Below, one piece after another: positions 49,701 to 62,862 of a stretch of 64,000 nt of DNA. The notes beneath the pieces are model-generated. The model ran no database searches. It worked only from the letters and a program-made list of their open reading frames with translations, and was not told where the DNA came from. Both the position numbers and the translations under genes were made by a program. Origin of the DNA: Vicugna vicugna (taxonomy: Eukaryota); NCBI GenBank assembly GCA_013265495.1, contig MU058781.1:600963-664962 (forward strand), in the 5' to 3' direction. How positions within the stretch are numbered: position 1 is the first letter of the stretch; the number at the start of each line of letters is the position of its first letter.

Positions 49701-50809
49701 GTAAGTCATTGTCAGACAAGGTCTGAGAAATGCTAGATAAGTCATGGCTTTTGTGAGAGAGCAAAAAGAGTGTGATTTCTGACATATAGGTCAATGGCAT
49801 ATTGGCTGAGATTCACTTAATTTTCTGCAATAAATTAGGTAAGCAATTTCACCTCATTTTTTTCAATCCTCTAATAATACCAATTTCGAACAGTTATGCT
49901 TCACATCGGCAACTTGTGGGTGATTTTGATGTTAAAAGTACGTGAACATTGATACGAGCCTCCTTTTCTCCCCTCGTGTCTTCCTAAGGTCAACTTTGAT
50001 GTGAAAAATTTCAATAAAATAATTAGCTATGATTTCATGAATTGGGATGAACTGATTCCCATAGTACCATTTCTGAAAAGCAGTTGGGTAAGAACTTGTG
50101 CTCAGGTTCTCAGGAGCTGTACCTGGTGGGGTTAAAAGTGGAAGCGGAGGATCCCTTTAACATACCCAGCAGGATCCTTGGGCCACTGTGTAAGTGAGAA
50201 GCGGTTATGTGGCCCCGGGGTGAGTTCTGCCTCTGGAGGCAGTGAGGATAGGGATAAATAAAGGTCTGTTAGCAAACCTGAGAATTTTTATGCCTTGGCT
50301 TTTCGTTCAAAAGGGGTTAATAGGCATGCAGATCAGCTCCATGCAGATGTTTTTATGGTTGTCTTCACCTACTGCAATTTCATTCTCCATCGGCTTCCTT
50401 AAGAGGGCGACAGAGAGAGGGCCTGTCCAGTGGACCAGGGCCTGTATTTCTCTCACTGATGCTTAAAGGAACACCAACCAGGGTGCTCTTCCAGGAACTG
50501 TGTGTTGTGCAGACTGCTAAACTCAAGAGCAGTCAAGGTCTAGAGACTTCCATATCCTGGAGCACTAGCATAATGCTTATGAGTCGGAAGTGCGCCGTAA
50601 ATCCTTTGTAGAGTGAAAACTAGCAACCCGCCTTATCCCCCATACCTGTGTTATTTTTGTCTTCATTTTGATTAATTCTATCAAAAGTAAAACTTCTTGT
50701 TCTTTCAGAATAGCTGGTGCTGACTTTGGTTTTCCTCTAGTGTCTTTTTGTGGTAACCATCCCACATCCTCCCAGTGATCAGCTTTGGTACAGACATGAT
50801 GCAGTGTGA

Positions 50810-50985
50810 AGACCCTGGCCCTAGTCATGATGTCTGGATGCTGTGTGTGGCTGTGGGGAGTTAGGCAGTGGGACTGGGGCTTAATGCCTCTGTTCTAAAA
50901 ATGGAAATAACGTCTTTCACGTGGATTTGGGAAGGTTAAAGAGATAACATACGTCCTTAGCATGGCTCTTAAAAACTATTAACCA
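50810..50985 (+). mobile_element. MIR fragment
   Basis: gctgtgtgtggctgtggggagtta...ctaaaaatggaaataac...gaaggttaaagagataacatacgt. Confidence 0.55.
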
Positions 50986-51054
50986 AGTATCAATTACACT
51001 TGGGTGTGACTGGTATATATATAATTGATAGCACTTTAAAAAACAGAGGTCATC

Positions 51055-51220
51055 GCAGGGATCATGTAACCCACCAGCCTCGGTTTGCATATTAGGAAAT
51101 AACCCCAAAAGATTCAATGATTTCCTAAGACTGTACAACAAATTAGTAACCCAGATAAGACAACAAGCCATGTCACCTAAGTTCTAGTCACTGCTCTTTC
51201 CAAGACACCACGGTGCCTCA
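51055..51220 (-). mobile_element. MIR fragment
   Basis: aatgatttcctaagactgtacaacaaattagta...tagtcactgctctttccaagacaccacggtgcctc. Confidence 0.65.
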
Positions 51221-51391
51221 TGACCAAGTCATTTTGTCTGCGTGTCAGAGCTCGCTTTGGTGTACCAGCGTTTCTCCAGCAATGTGGAATGTCTTCAATG
51301 CAATGTGGCATGCTTTGCTTATTGGAGGTGCCCAATGCATGTCGTTTTTTAAAGTCAGTGAACAACTTATCTTCTAAATGATCAACTGGAT

Positions 51392-51595
51392 CAGTAGTTC
51401 CAACCTGGGGACAGTTTGCCTCCCCAAGGGACATTTGCAAATTCAAGTTTTCACACCTTGGGGGAGAGGGCTCTATTTCTGGCCCCAGCAGATGAAGGCC
51501 AGGGATGCTGTTAACATCCCGTAACATAGGATAGCTTCCCACAGCGAAGAATGAACTGGCCGTATTAGCAATATAGCGGAGCTGGAGAAAGTCTG
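51392..51595. mobile_element. MER20 (hAT-Charlie) DNA transposon
   Basis: cagtagttccaacctggggacagtttgcctccccaagggacatttg...aggccagggatgctgttaacatcc...cccacagcgaagaatga. Confidence 0.85.
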
Positions 51596-51854
51596 AACTA
51601 GGTCCACCTTCAAGACTCCCAAATTATTTATCCTTTAGTTGTAAAAATAATTTATTCTTGCTACTTTCACCTTTATAATGATTCTTCTTGTCTAAATGAT
51701 ACACTAAAATCAGTTGTTTCGAGTAGCAAATAAAAGCTCGTAACTTCCCTTGCTTCTTTTTTTTTGGTTACTTGAAATTATTTGGTTCAAATTTAGGAAA
51801 ATTAGGCCCGAAAAAGAAGCTCTTTCCTCGAAACCTGGGGGATATGTCTTAGTC

Positions 51855-52033
51855 CAGTGGTTCTCAAACTGCAGTGTGCGTCAGGAACACCTGGAGGGCT
51901 TGTTTCAACGCGCTGCTGGCTCTGTTCCCAGAGTCCCTGACTCGGGAGGTCCGGTGGGGGCCGGAGGCTTGCGGTTTCTAGCCGGTTCCCAGACGCTGCT
52001 GCTGCCGCCTGGACCTCACCAGGAGAGGCGCTG
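51855..52033. mobile_element. MER5A (hAT-Charlie MITE), unusually GC/CpG-enriched
   Basis: cagtggttctcaaact...tcaggaacacctggagggcttgtt...tttctagccggttcccag...gagaggcgctg. Confidence 0.85.
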
Positions 52034-53295
52034 CGTGACAGCCTGATTCTACTATTACTATTACGCTGGGTGTGTGTGCGTGTTTATTTTTCAATTCTCC
52101 CATCTTTGTTTTGAATGCAAATGAGCAGCCCAGTAGCCGTTTGATTTTGATGAAAACATTTAAGTGGATCAAATCGCAGCTCAAAATAGATCCAGAAAAA
52201 ATCCTATTCTTTTGACTATTTTGTTTAGCCTGCCAGCATATATTAATAAAGTCTTCTGTGAATGCCAAAGAAATCTGAAAATGGCATTCTTCCACAACTC
52301 CTTCCCTGCACTCCCTAACCCTTTCTTATTTCTAAAATGGGTTACTATAGATTCAGTGAGAGATGAGACGTTTAGACAACTGCCAGTCTGACATTAACAG
52401 AGTGAACTATGAGAGAAGCATCCATGTAGGTTCTGTTTATTACTTTTGCAATCAGATTTGCATGCCATTGATGCCTGTTCCCGGGGGTGCATTTGTGATA
52501 TGGAGAAGGTAGGACAGAAACGAGGCCAGATCTATGGCAAGTTCCCACTTAGCCTACTTTCCCCTCTCTTGCTTATGTTTGTTTTCTTACCCTGTGAATC
52601 AGATGAAAAGCAGGAAAAACAAAGGGAGGCAATAATAGTGCTTACTCTGGCTGGAAAATTCTAGTTCAAAACAGCAGGCTTGGTTTTGATTACATCTAGT
52701 AATCAACCTGTGTACAGTATGACTTGACTTAATGTTTCAGGAAATGTTAATCTGCACGTTGAAAGCTTGATTCTAAAGATTGTACGATCCATTGACTTGG
52801 ACAAGAAGTCACAGTTCATCACTTTTTTTCAATGTTATGTTACTGCTTTCCAAATAGGAAAGACTCCTTAGGATGGTTGGGTAGTTGGTTAATAATTATG
52901 CAATGTTTGTTTTTTAGGCATAGTGGGGGAACAGTATTAAAAAAGGAAAAACAGTATTATAATGCTCCTGAATCGAGCTAGTTAGCAGTGAGTTCTCGTG
53001 CATATCAATTACAAGGTCCAGCTGAAATTAATTTTTCATTTTAAAAGACGGGGAAATTAAATTTACTCAGTTTATACTCTTTCTAAGTATCTGCATATAC
53101 TTTCAATGCATGGACCTTGTATTCTATGAGAGGAGAGGATATAAAGTTCATCACTTTGCTATGATTTTTGGGTCCAGAGAAGGGTTGTCTCGCGCTGTGC
53201 ACTTTCAAACTTATATATTAGTCCTATTCCTTATTGTTATGCCCTGGAGAAATCTGTTTCAGGAGTCAGAGAACATACATTGGTATTAAGCCACT

Positions 53296-53375
53296 ACACA
53301 TACACTCACACATGCTCATGCACACACACGCACACACACACATATATACACACCATTATGTTAAGATATATATAC
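53296..53375. repeat. Imperfect (CA/TA)n low-complexity tract
   Basis: Directly visible. Confidence 0.8.
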
Positions 53376-56300
53376 ATCCAGGAGTATGAACAGTCACTTA
53401 TTCCAAATACTTAATTCTGAGGTTGCTAATTCAGTGCTAAGTAAGATCATAATCTGGAACGTGTGTTAGATTAATCCATTTATTCATTTCTTCTTTTACT
53501 CATGTAGCATATATTTATAGAATGATTTATGTTGGATGCTAGCTACTGGTCTGGTTGTGGCTACCCAGATTCCTACTGGCAAATCTGTCTTCATACATTG
53601 ATACATCAACTGGCAGTCAATGTTTCAAACAATAGCTTTGTATATAAAGTGAATGAAATACTCCCCAAATATAACTAGTAAGTAATGAGACTGACTTTTA
53701 AAGTCATATTTAACCCCGTATGAATTGATTGGCAGCGACAATGGAAGATTTTGCACACATTTTGCAGAATTACCATTAGCAGCAGTATATAAGCATTCTT
53801 ACTTCACACATCATGATCTGCTGGAAAATATGGCCTGTGAAAAAAAAGTATTGATTTTTTAAATGGCATGAATTCTCCAGAATAGTCAAACAAAGACCAT
53901 TGAAGAAATTTCAGTGATATGTTCTCATTTTCAAGGGATCATGTCAAATCGTAGTCTTTAGTATTAAAAGTGAATAAAAAGTCACTGTCAATAGAAAATT
54001 TTGAGATTATGGTATCCTTTGAAGCAACTGGAAACTTTCTGGGGTTTGTAAAACCGAGGTTGGAAACATGTCACTGGGGTAATACTTGAACACAGATTTG
54101 CAAACAGAGATAAAATTAAGCCTCTGATTTAGTGATGGCTGTGCCAAGCCCCGTAACAGGCTCTCCAGCAGATAGAAACAAGAGTGAGAGACCCCGCTCT
54201 CACTCAGAGACTGCTGGGGGCTCTCTTAAATGGCCTGTATCATTTCTTTAGACGCTCTTTTCCTAAAGGAGATCAGTTGTACTGATGTTAATGGCTCACC
54301 TGGGAGAAAAAGAAAAAGTAAGTTTGGAAGAATAAATCTTACTTTAGAATGCATTTTTTGAGAAAATAAAATAGAGATAACTTGACTTCAGTACATCATT
54401 TTGCCTAAAAACAATTCCTTAACTTCTAGTATTAATCTTTATCTCACTAAGCAAGAGAAGTATTTGAATATGCTTTAGAAATAAACAGTATCATGAAAGT
54501 AAACACTGACTTTGTGTAGCAGTCTTGTCAAATACGATGAAATGAGGAAGTAAGCAACGACAAGACGTCCGTCTCTGGCGAAACAAATTTGAGTGAAATT
54601 AGAAGGGAGGAGAAGGTCTTGTCTAGGAAGGCGGCCCTAAAAGCGGTAACCCTGGCACCTTCCACCTGCTCAGGGGATTCTGTGGGCTGACACTCGACAA
54701 CTTTGATGCCTCTAGTTGAACAAATAACTGATAGAGGTTACTAACGTACCATTTTAATTAATCTGATTTGGAAATGATACTTAAGTGTCAGGAGTGGAAG
54801 AAGGTTTGGTGGTTAGTTTTGTTTCTTCCTGGATGGAGGGTCTTCACACAGAGACGGCCTTAGTAGACACAGGTAAGACCCAAACAAGCTTTGATGTTAG
54901 CTCTCTTCCCCAGGAGACAGGAAGGCAAGAAAGAGGAGGGTCCCAGACACGGAGAGAGGATAAGAACTACACATTTTCCTTCCTTCAGGCAGCTCATACT
55001 CTTGCAGAAAAGAAAAGAGGGTTGTTTGGCGGTGACTGGGCACCTGTGTGTCAGAGGGCGCATGTTCCATTGCGTAGGGAGACCATTGTCGCCTTCCTTC
55101 TCAGAGGGCAGCTGGATGTAGTCCTGTCTCTTGCATAATGTGGCCAGGAATTGAGGGGTGAGGCTGCTCAGTCACAATTAACCTACCACCTCTTTTCTTA
55201 AAAATGACAACCACAAGTCAAACCCACTCTTGCTCAAAACTAGCCACTGGTGCATCAATGTAAGCTCCTATGCTGTAACCAAGTGTCATCATCAAGTTTA
55301 TAGCTAAGCCTACAGACTGCAGAGCCAGCTGGAGACAGAGAGTCTCCTTTCAGTCTTCAGGTGTGTTGATCCCAAGGAGAACAGACCTCCACCTTTGCTG
55401 ACTACGCCAAGCGTTGGAGGTGATAAAAATTCTCAGAAGGACTGCAGAGAAGACTGTCTATGAGAGGATACTTACTGAGAGAGCATAAAGACAGCCTCAG
55501 ACCTCACCTTGCCTCTTCGTAGAAGCTGATTTTCCCCACAATCCCCTAGGTTGATGTTTCAGAAACCTTTGCGTGACCTGTGGTAGAGAACGTGTCTCTA
55601 GCTGATTGGAACCAAGACTGTTGTCCTCTTGATTCTGTTTTCTTTGGCCCCCTCTCATTCCCTCTCTTGCTGCGTGACCTCAGGTGCCCTGGATTGATAC
55701 AGAAGGCTGCTTCCCACTATGTATTTTAAAGACACTGTCTCTCAGGGAAGAGCCACAGCTAAACATTCTGGCTGGGGCATCATATCATTTGTTTGTGCAT
55801 GTGTGTTAACGCATGCATACATGCCCTTTCGCTGCCAGCTCTCCTCTCACACCAACCAAAAGACACAGGAATGTTTATTTTAGTCTATTTTAAATTCAGT
55901 CTCCATCCACAAAGGGATTAAGGAATACCTCTAGTATATACAACACTGTCCCCAGTACACCACGCAGTTTGGGAAGTGGGTCCCCCTTGAAGTGGGGACT
56001 GTCCAGAACTTTAGCAGCAAGCGTAACAGACAAGTTGGGTGAAGTTATAAATTTATCTGCAAACTTGTGTAAAGTTAGAGCTGAACTCCTGGTACTCTCT
56101 TTGGTACGAATTGTTATTTTCTTCTATAGGCACATTCTGCTTTTTCCACTCTCAGAAATTCCTTTGAGATGGACAAATGATCCACTTGCTAAAAAGGTAA
56201 ATGGATTTTGCACATGAATGATACTATGGTTGTTAATTTACCATATGATATCGACACAAAATGAGGATTTCTATTTGCATGGGAAACATTGTAATTTCTG

Positions 56301-57286
56301 TTAAAGTGAGGGGAATTTTCCTCATCTTTGAACAAGAATTCTTTACTCAAAATGTAATGGCTCGGAGTATAAAACCAAATGTTTCCAGCCTTCTCTCTCA
56401 CTTACGGTCCTACACCCATGCAGATTTTCTCTTTGGTTTAAAGTAGGCCATTTAATTGTATGCCCTTTTGCCTGCCTTACTGAATTGAAACAGACCTATC
56501 TCTAAAATGTACACACATCAAGCTCAGTAGAGACCTGAAACATCTCAGTAGCCTTTTTATTCAAGTCAACTTCGCTACTCAAAACATTAGTGAAGCACAA
56601 ATTATTGCACTTGGAAAATCATGTGCCTTTTGTTTAATTGTGTATAAATGAACCTAGAGGGAGCATAATTCTGTAATTTCCTAGTCAGGAACGGAGGTGA
56701 ACAGGTTTCCAGGCATTTGACTAATACAGTACTTATGTTAGTGGTACACATTATCCCCACAGTGATGGAGCCATAACGCAGTCCTTATCTCACTGAACAT
56801 TTTATCAGTTGCTATATCGGAAACTTTTTTATCTAAGTTAATTTCTAAATGTGGACTGTAGTCAGTATTTCAGTACAAGTCAGATAAGCCACAAAAATAA
56901 GAAGGAGTGAGAAACCACTGGTTTATATTGCTTATTAAAAGAGAGGTTTGTACCATGGAGTCCTATCTGCATCTGCCTTGTCAGCTATATTCTGAGTGAA
57001 ACACACACATTTTCAAGTGCAGACTCTTTTCCTCGAGGACCTAATGCCAAGCTTGGTTGAGCTGTGTGAACCTGTGTAGGGCACATAATGGTTCTGTACA
57101 TGTAGTAGGAGTTTGATAGTTGACTGAAATTGGAAATTGTGTCCTTTAGAATATAGTAGCAATTTAATAAATTTTCATTTTAAGTAGCTTAAGCCAGTTC
57201 ATGAGACCAAGAGATACTTCATCTTTGATTTAACTAGAACGGACCCCACAGCTGAGTGTGGATTGCTTGGCTTCCTGATGGGAAGC

Positions 57287-58047
57287 TGTGACGTTAATAA
57301 GAATATACTTTTGATCTTCCTCCATGGTTCCTGGCACCAGAGCTTCTAAATCCCCTCTCAGCTATACCAGAGTTTGGAATCTGTGCTAATAAAGTGACTC
57401 TTGGGGCTTATTGCCAGAGGAATCATCCAGGTGATTAGAAGTTGGAACTTTTAGCCCCACCCAGAGCTCCAGGGACTGAGAGGTTGGAGACTGAATTAAT
57501 CATCGGTAACCAATAGTCCGATCAACTATCCATGCCGTAGTAATGGGACTTACATAAAAGCCCTGAAAGACAAGGTTGAGAGAGCTTCCAAACTGTGAGT
57601 GCACAGAGATGATGGGAGAGTGGGTGCTCAGAGAGGGCCTGGAACCTCCGTGTCCCCACAACCAAGATAACTGGCCCTGCACATCGCTTTCATTTGAATT
57701 TCCTGAGCTGTGTCCTTTACAGTAATCCAGGAGTAGTAAGTGAAGCGCTTCCTGCGTTCTAGCAAACTGCTGAACCCGAGGAAGGGACCGTGGGAACCCC
57801 CAGTTTACAGCCTGTCAATCAGAAGTGCAGGCGGCCTGGGACTTGTGACTGGCGTCTGAAATGGGGGTGGGGCAGTCTTGTGGGACGGAGCCCTTGACCT
57901 GTGGGCTCTGTGCTCACTCCAGGTAGTTAGTGTCAGAATTGAATTGAATTGATAGACACCCAGCTGGTGACCACAGAGTCAGGGAATTGTAGGTGTGAAA
58001 AATCCCTACACATTTGGTGTCAAGAGTTGTGAGTATAAACAATCATA
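57287..58047 (+). mobile_element. MER21-family solo LTR (ERVL)
   Basis: Typical MER21 text (ggttcctggcac.agagcttctaaatccc; gtgggaacccccagtttacagcc; agtgtcagaattgaattgaatt); 5-bp TSD GAAGC at 57282-57286 and 58048-58052. Confidence 0.9.
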
Positions 58048-58629
58048 GAAGCTGCCTCTAAATAGCTTCAAATTACATAGAAATCATGTCCTGAGCTGCT
58101 TATGTGTTCAAGTTCCCAATGATTCTTAGGAGAGAAATAAGAAATTGAAAACCAGTATTTTCCGCACTTGATAAAATAGCTACTTTCCCCTTAAGACAGG
58201 CAAGAATATGGACTCCAGAATTTGTACCAGAAATCCGTGTCCTACCCATCGATAACTTAGCAAATGTCAAGCAGCGTAACAGAGGATTTCTAGGGGAGGT
58301 TACACACAGGGCCCTAACAGGGCACGTCCTGGAATAAATCTGTCAGTACAGGTCCAGAGATGTGGATGATCTTAAACCCTACCTCACACTGGAAATGGGA
58401 GAAAAAGTAAGCCGTTGTATCATTAAATGTGAAATCTCTGCAAAAGCAAATAAAAACTATAAAGCTGATGGATTTCAGTAATGTGGTTTATTCTGTCACA
58501 CACACCTGGCTCCACATGTACAGTGGACTGATAGTAGCTATTGCTTTGTTCTTTTGTTCTTTTTAATCAACTATTTGTATTATTTAAAGTCAGCAAGTCT
58601 TTATGCGTGTCTTCTACATGCCAAATACT

Positions 58630-58940
58630 TCTTAAAATATAGGTTATATTGTATCATTTAGGTATTAGACCGACAGGTCAGGAGACAACAGTCATTGAAA
58701 AAATAGTTTGTTATCCACAGATCTCAAAAGGAGGGAGGACATCCCCCAGAAGTGGGGAGCGCCACGTGAGGGTCAGTCAGGAGGCAGGGGTGGTTTGCTT
58801 ATGAAAAGCATGCTCTCAAGGAAGTTTTCTGTTCTCTCTTTGAATCAGCTGGACCCAGGAGGGGCAGTCCCTCCAGGGTCAGCAGGGCCCCGAGATGTCA
58901 GAGCATCAGAAGCAGAGAATAAGGAGACATGATTAACACA
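58630..58940 (-). mobile_element. MER76-like LTR (ERVL), internally deleted
   Basis: Reverse complement starts tgtgttaatcatgt...tctgacatctcggggccctgctgaccctggagggactgcccctcc and ends tgtctcctgacctgtcggtctaatacctaaat. Confidence 0.75.
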
Positions 58941-59002
58941 GCACCGTGTTGGGCTCTCAAGCTGTAAGAATTAATAAGGGTGTGAAGAAAAGAGCAGGAA
59001 GC

Positions 59003-59210
59003 AGGGAGTTTAAATCTCAGCACTGCACTTACTTCTGGTGTGAATTTACATACATTATAATCTCTTAGAATCTGTTTTTTCTCATGTGCACGATGAAAAG
59101 TCTATGTACCTCTAAAGTTGTTACCGGGATTAAACAACTATATTTGTAGATATCTGTTCTATATGTATGTATAAAAATACAGCGTCTGGCACATAGTAGG
59201 TGTTTAATAT
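59003..59210 (+). mobile_element. MIR SINE
   Basis: gagtttaaatctcagcactgcacttact...ctcatgtgcacgatg...tctggcacatagtaggtgtttaata. Confidence 0.75.
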
Positions 59211-59899
59211 AGAATGTTTTCTTCCTTGAAGCCCTAAGAACCTAAAGACAGTCCACATAGTGGGAAGTTAAATGCAATGACACGTGACAGTAATGGGGTT
59301 GTTTCGTGCCAGGCTAGAGACCACAGACAAGAAAGAGGTTGTCTACAGGCATAAGCATCTCATTGTTGAGTGGGAGTGAGGTGGAGAATGATAAATTAAT
59401 TTTACCCTTTAGAAACTTTATGGAGTCATTGAAAGTTTGTATAATCAGCTACCTTCATTAAAAAAAAAATTAGTTGCGATTCCATTTGCTCAGCAAGAAT
59501 TTTAAAACTATAAAATTTCCATCAGGATTGAACATTTTTTAAAAAGAATTTGCTATAACAAATAAAATTGACTCCAAACTTTCTCAACTATCTTCATCGA
59601 TCTGTACCCAAGAATATGTACGTACAGGCTACTTCAACAGTCTTGCCTAAATTTGAATGCAAATTCCTAATAAATATTAATAGTCCTAGGTGGAGTGATA
59701 ACAGCCTGTTTCACGGCACATTTATGCATCCCTTCAAATCCTCTCAGCCATCTCTTACTCCAGCCACTGCTGCAGTACTAAGAAATAAACCGCCCAGTTA
59801 TGCCCTCACTTCCAGACAGGTGGCCAAGCACCTCCTGCGTCCTGTCAAGGGACTTCTCTGATCTTGCTGCGTGACGCGGCCCTGTGAACTCACTCTGCG

Positions 59900-60230
59900 C
59901 TCTGAGCACAGCGTCAGCAAGAAGAGGCATCAACGCCCGCACCACCCAAGTGGCCAAGAGAGCCTGGGACCGGACGCCTAAATGCCCCTTCCCCGCCTTG
60001 TCTCGTAGCTAACAGTTCCCAGACACGCGCCGTACGGCTCCTCAGAGGAGGCCGCAGCAGCGAGGGCTCGTCCTCCTCAGCGGCGGTACAGTCAGGAACA
60101 CACCCTTGCACTGCCTGCCCTTCCTTCTGCTTCACACCCTGTCTTTCCTTCCAGCTTCCTGAAATCTCTTCACAGGTAGAGCCTCTGCCTTTGTCTTGGG
60201 CTCTGATTTCAGGAGAAACAAGGCTAAGGC
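59900..60230 (+). mobile_element. LTR16-like ERVL LTR, CpG-enriched
   Basis: 3' part cccttccttctgcttcac...cttgggctctgatttcaggagaaacaaggctaaggca matches LTR16-group ends. Confidence 0.6.
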
Positions 60231-60469
60231 AGTTGGTACTGGACATGCCCTTAGCAAACAGACCCTCCTAATGAGATACTGGTGCTGGGCAGACAACACC
60301 AGGAATCTGCTGCAGGTGGAGACTGGGCGGTGGTCCCCTCCAGCAGGCGGTCACGGCAGTCCTGAGAGTTGCACCTGACCTGGGCTGGGGTGAGGTACAA
60401 GGGCGAGGTTAGGGCTGGGTTGTGCCATAGCTATGGGGTCCCAACAGTGGCATCGCCTTTCTCAGGGTC

Positions 60470-61320
60470 TTCTGTTGTTCACCTGTTTTCCATTTTATTG
60501 ATTTTGGCTTTTTATCTCGTTCACCCTTGTATTGATTGGGTTTAGTCTGTTCTTTTTCTAGCTTTTCAAAGTAGATCCTGGTTTTAGACTTTCCATTCTT
60601 TCTAGTAAATATCTAAAGGTAGAAATTTTCTTCTAAGGCCCTGTTTTAGCAGCATCCCCCAAATTTCATTATGTTGCATTTTCACTTGGCTTAAAATATT
60701 TTCTCATTTTTGTTGTGATGTCTTCTTTGACCCATGGATCTGGCAGATAAATATTTATTTAATTCCCAAACAGTTGAGGTCTTCCTAAATATCTTACTGT
60801 TACACGTATTAAATTCAATTCTTTTGGTCTCAGAGAACATATCCTGTAAGATCCCAGTCATGTTAAGTGTATTGAGATGTTTTATGGCCCAGCATAAACC
60901 TTGGTGAATATACTGAATGTGTTTGAAAATAAAGTGCATTCTTCAGTTGTAGTCTGTAGTGTTTCATAAGCATTAATTGGATGAAAGTGATTAATAGTTT
61001 TCATATCTTCTATGTCTTTTCTGATTTTTAATATTTTGTCTATTCTATCAATTGCTAAGAGAGGGGCATTGAAATCTGTATCTATAATTGTAGAATTATA
61101 CATTTATTTAAGTCCGTCAAATTTTGCACATGCTTACTTATGCTAATTATAATTTCCTGATGGACTGATAACTTTAATCATTTTGAAATGTCTCTCCTAT
61201 CTCTCGTAATACACTCTATTTGAAGTCTGTTATCTTATACTAATATAGTCATTCCAGCCTCGTCATGCTTGGTATTTACCTGCTATGTGTCTTCCCACCC
61301 ATTTACATTCAATCTCCCAA
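60470..61320 (-). mobile_element. Old L1 ORF2 endonuclease region
   Basis: Reverse peptides STIIDTDFNAPLLAIDR...IRKDIEDMKTINHFHPINAYETLQTTTEECTLFS (60882-61103). Confidence 0.85.
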
Positions 61321-61321
61321 C

Positions 61322-61855
61322 ACTACTCCCAGTGATTTATTTTTGGAATGTGAACATCCTGTCTTCACACTCTTGACCTCTACCAGAATAGAAATCCTGG
61401 TTCCATAAAGGGGAAATGTTTCCATGAGAAGACACAGCAAGGTTTCCACTGAACTTCTATGATTACCACCTGGTCACTCTAAACAAAGAGAAGAATTGTT
61501 CTAGTGCTGGGATAATTCATTCTAATAACCGTAACAAGCTCCTATTGCTACTACACCCTGAGGACAGGGAGGGATATGACTAACCCACAGGATTCAGGGG
61601 GGTCTCTTTTGGTGATAATGGTAAATGGCCCATTGCAGCAACTATGATTCAACAAAGGCAAGATGCAATGATCTTGGACTATTCATGAATGAAGATCTGG
61701 GTTTCCATGTCAGTCAAGCTACCCAGATGAGACTAAACATGGTGGAAAGGGTAGAAATTCTAGAAGCGGTGGTAGGAGATTAAGCTGATGAGTATCAGTT
61801 ACGTTCTCAAGTCCAGCTGAAACAGTAAGAACTGCAGTTTGTTCCATTAACCCTT
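61322..61855 (+). mobile_element. ERVL internal fragment (3' pol/dUTPase region)
   Basis: agaaatcctggttccataaaggggaaatg.ttccatgagaagacacagcaaggtttccactgaact...ccacctggtcact...ttcatgaatgaagatctgggt. Confidence 0.7.
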
Positions 61856-61864
61856 TAAAAATGC

Positions 61865-62862
61865 TCCTACATTCACTGGAGAGACTGTCCTTTCCCCAAT
61901 GTATAGCCTTGGCTCCTTTATTGTAGATTAATTCATGGGTTTATTTCTGGGGTCTCTATTCTGTGCCATTGATCTTTGTGTCTGTTTTTATACCAATACC
62001 ATACTGTTTTGATTCCTCTAGCTTTATAATATAGTTTAAAATGAGGACGTGTGATGCCTCTAACCTTGTTCTTCTTTCTCAAGATTGCTTTGGTTACTTG
62101 AGGTCTTCTGTGATTCCATAGGATTGCTTGTTTCTACTTCTGTGAAAAATATCATTGGAACTGTGGTAGGGACTACAGTGAATCTACGCATTGCTTTGGG
62201 TAGTATGGACATTTTAACAATGTTAATTCTTCCAATACATGAACATGGGATATCTTTCCATTCTGGGGAGTCTTCATCAGTGTATTTCATCAGTGCCGTG
62301 CAGTTTTCAGTATAAATGTCTTTTACATCCATGGTTAAATTTCTTTCTAGATTTTGTATTCTTTCTCATGCTGTTGTAAATGGCATCTATTTTTACTTTA
62401 GTTTTTTCTGATAGTTTGTTGCTAATGTATAGAAAGGCAACAGATTTTTGTATATTGATTTTGTATCCTTCAACTTGAGTAAATACATTTATTAATTCTA
62501 ACGGGTTTTTTTGTGGAATCTTTAGGAATTTTGATACAAGATACTGTGTCATCTGAAAATTGAGACTATTTTTCTTCTTCCTTTTCAACTTTGATGTCTC
62601 CTATTTCTTTTGTGGACTGATTTCTCCGGACAGGACTACCAGTACCATGTTGAGTGAAAAAAGCAAGAGTGGGCGTCCTTGTTTTATTCCTGATCTGAGA
62701 AAAAAAGCTTTCAGGTCTTCACCCTTGGGTGTGATGTTAGCTGTGAGCTTGTCTTATATAGTCTTTATTATGTTCAGGTATCTTCTTTCTGAACCCACTG
62801 TATTAGCAGTTTTTTCTTTTAATCATAAGTGGATATTGAATTTTGCCAAATGCTTTTTCTGC
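61865..62862 (-). mobile_element. L1 ORF2 RT/C-terminal fragment
   Basis: Reverse peptides LELINVFTQVEGYKINIQKSVAFLY and WKDIPCSCIGRINIVKMSILPKA. Confidence 0.92.
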
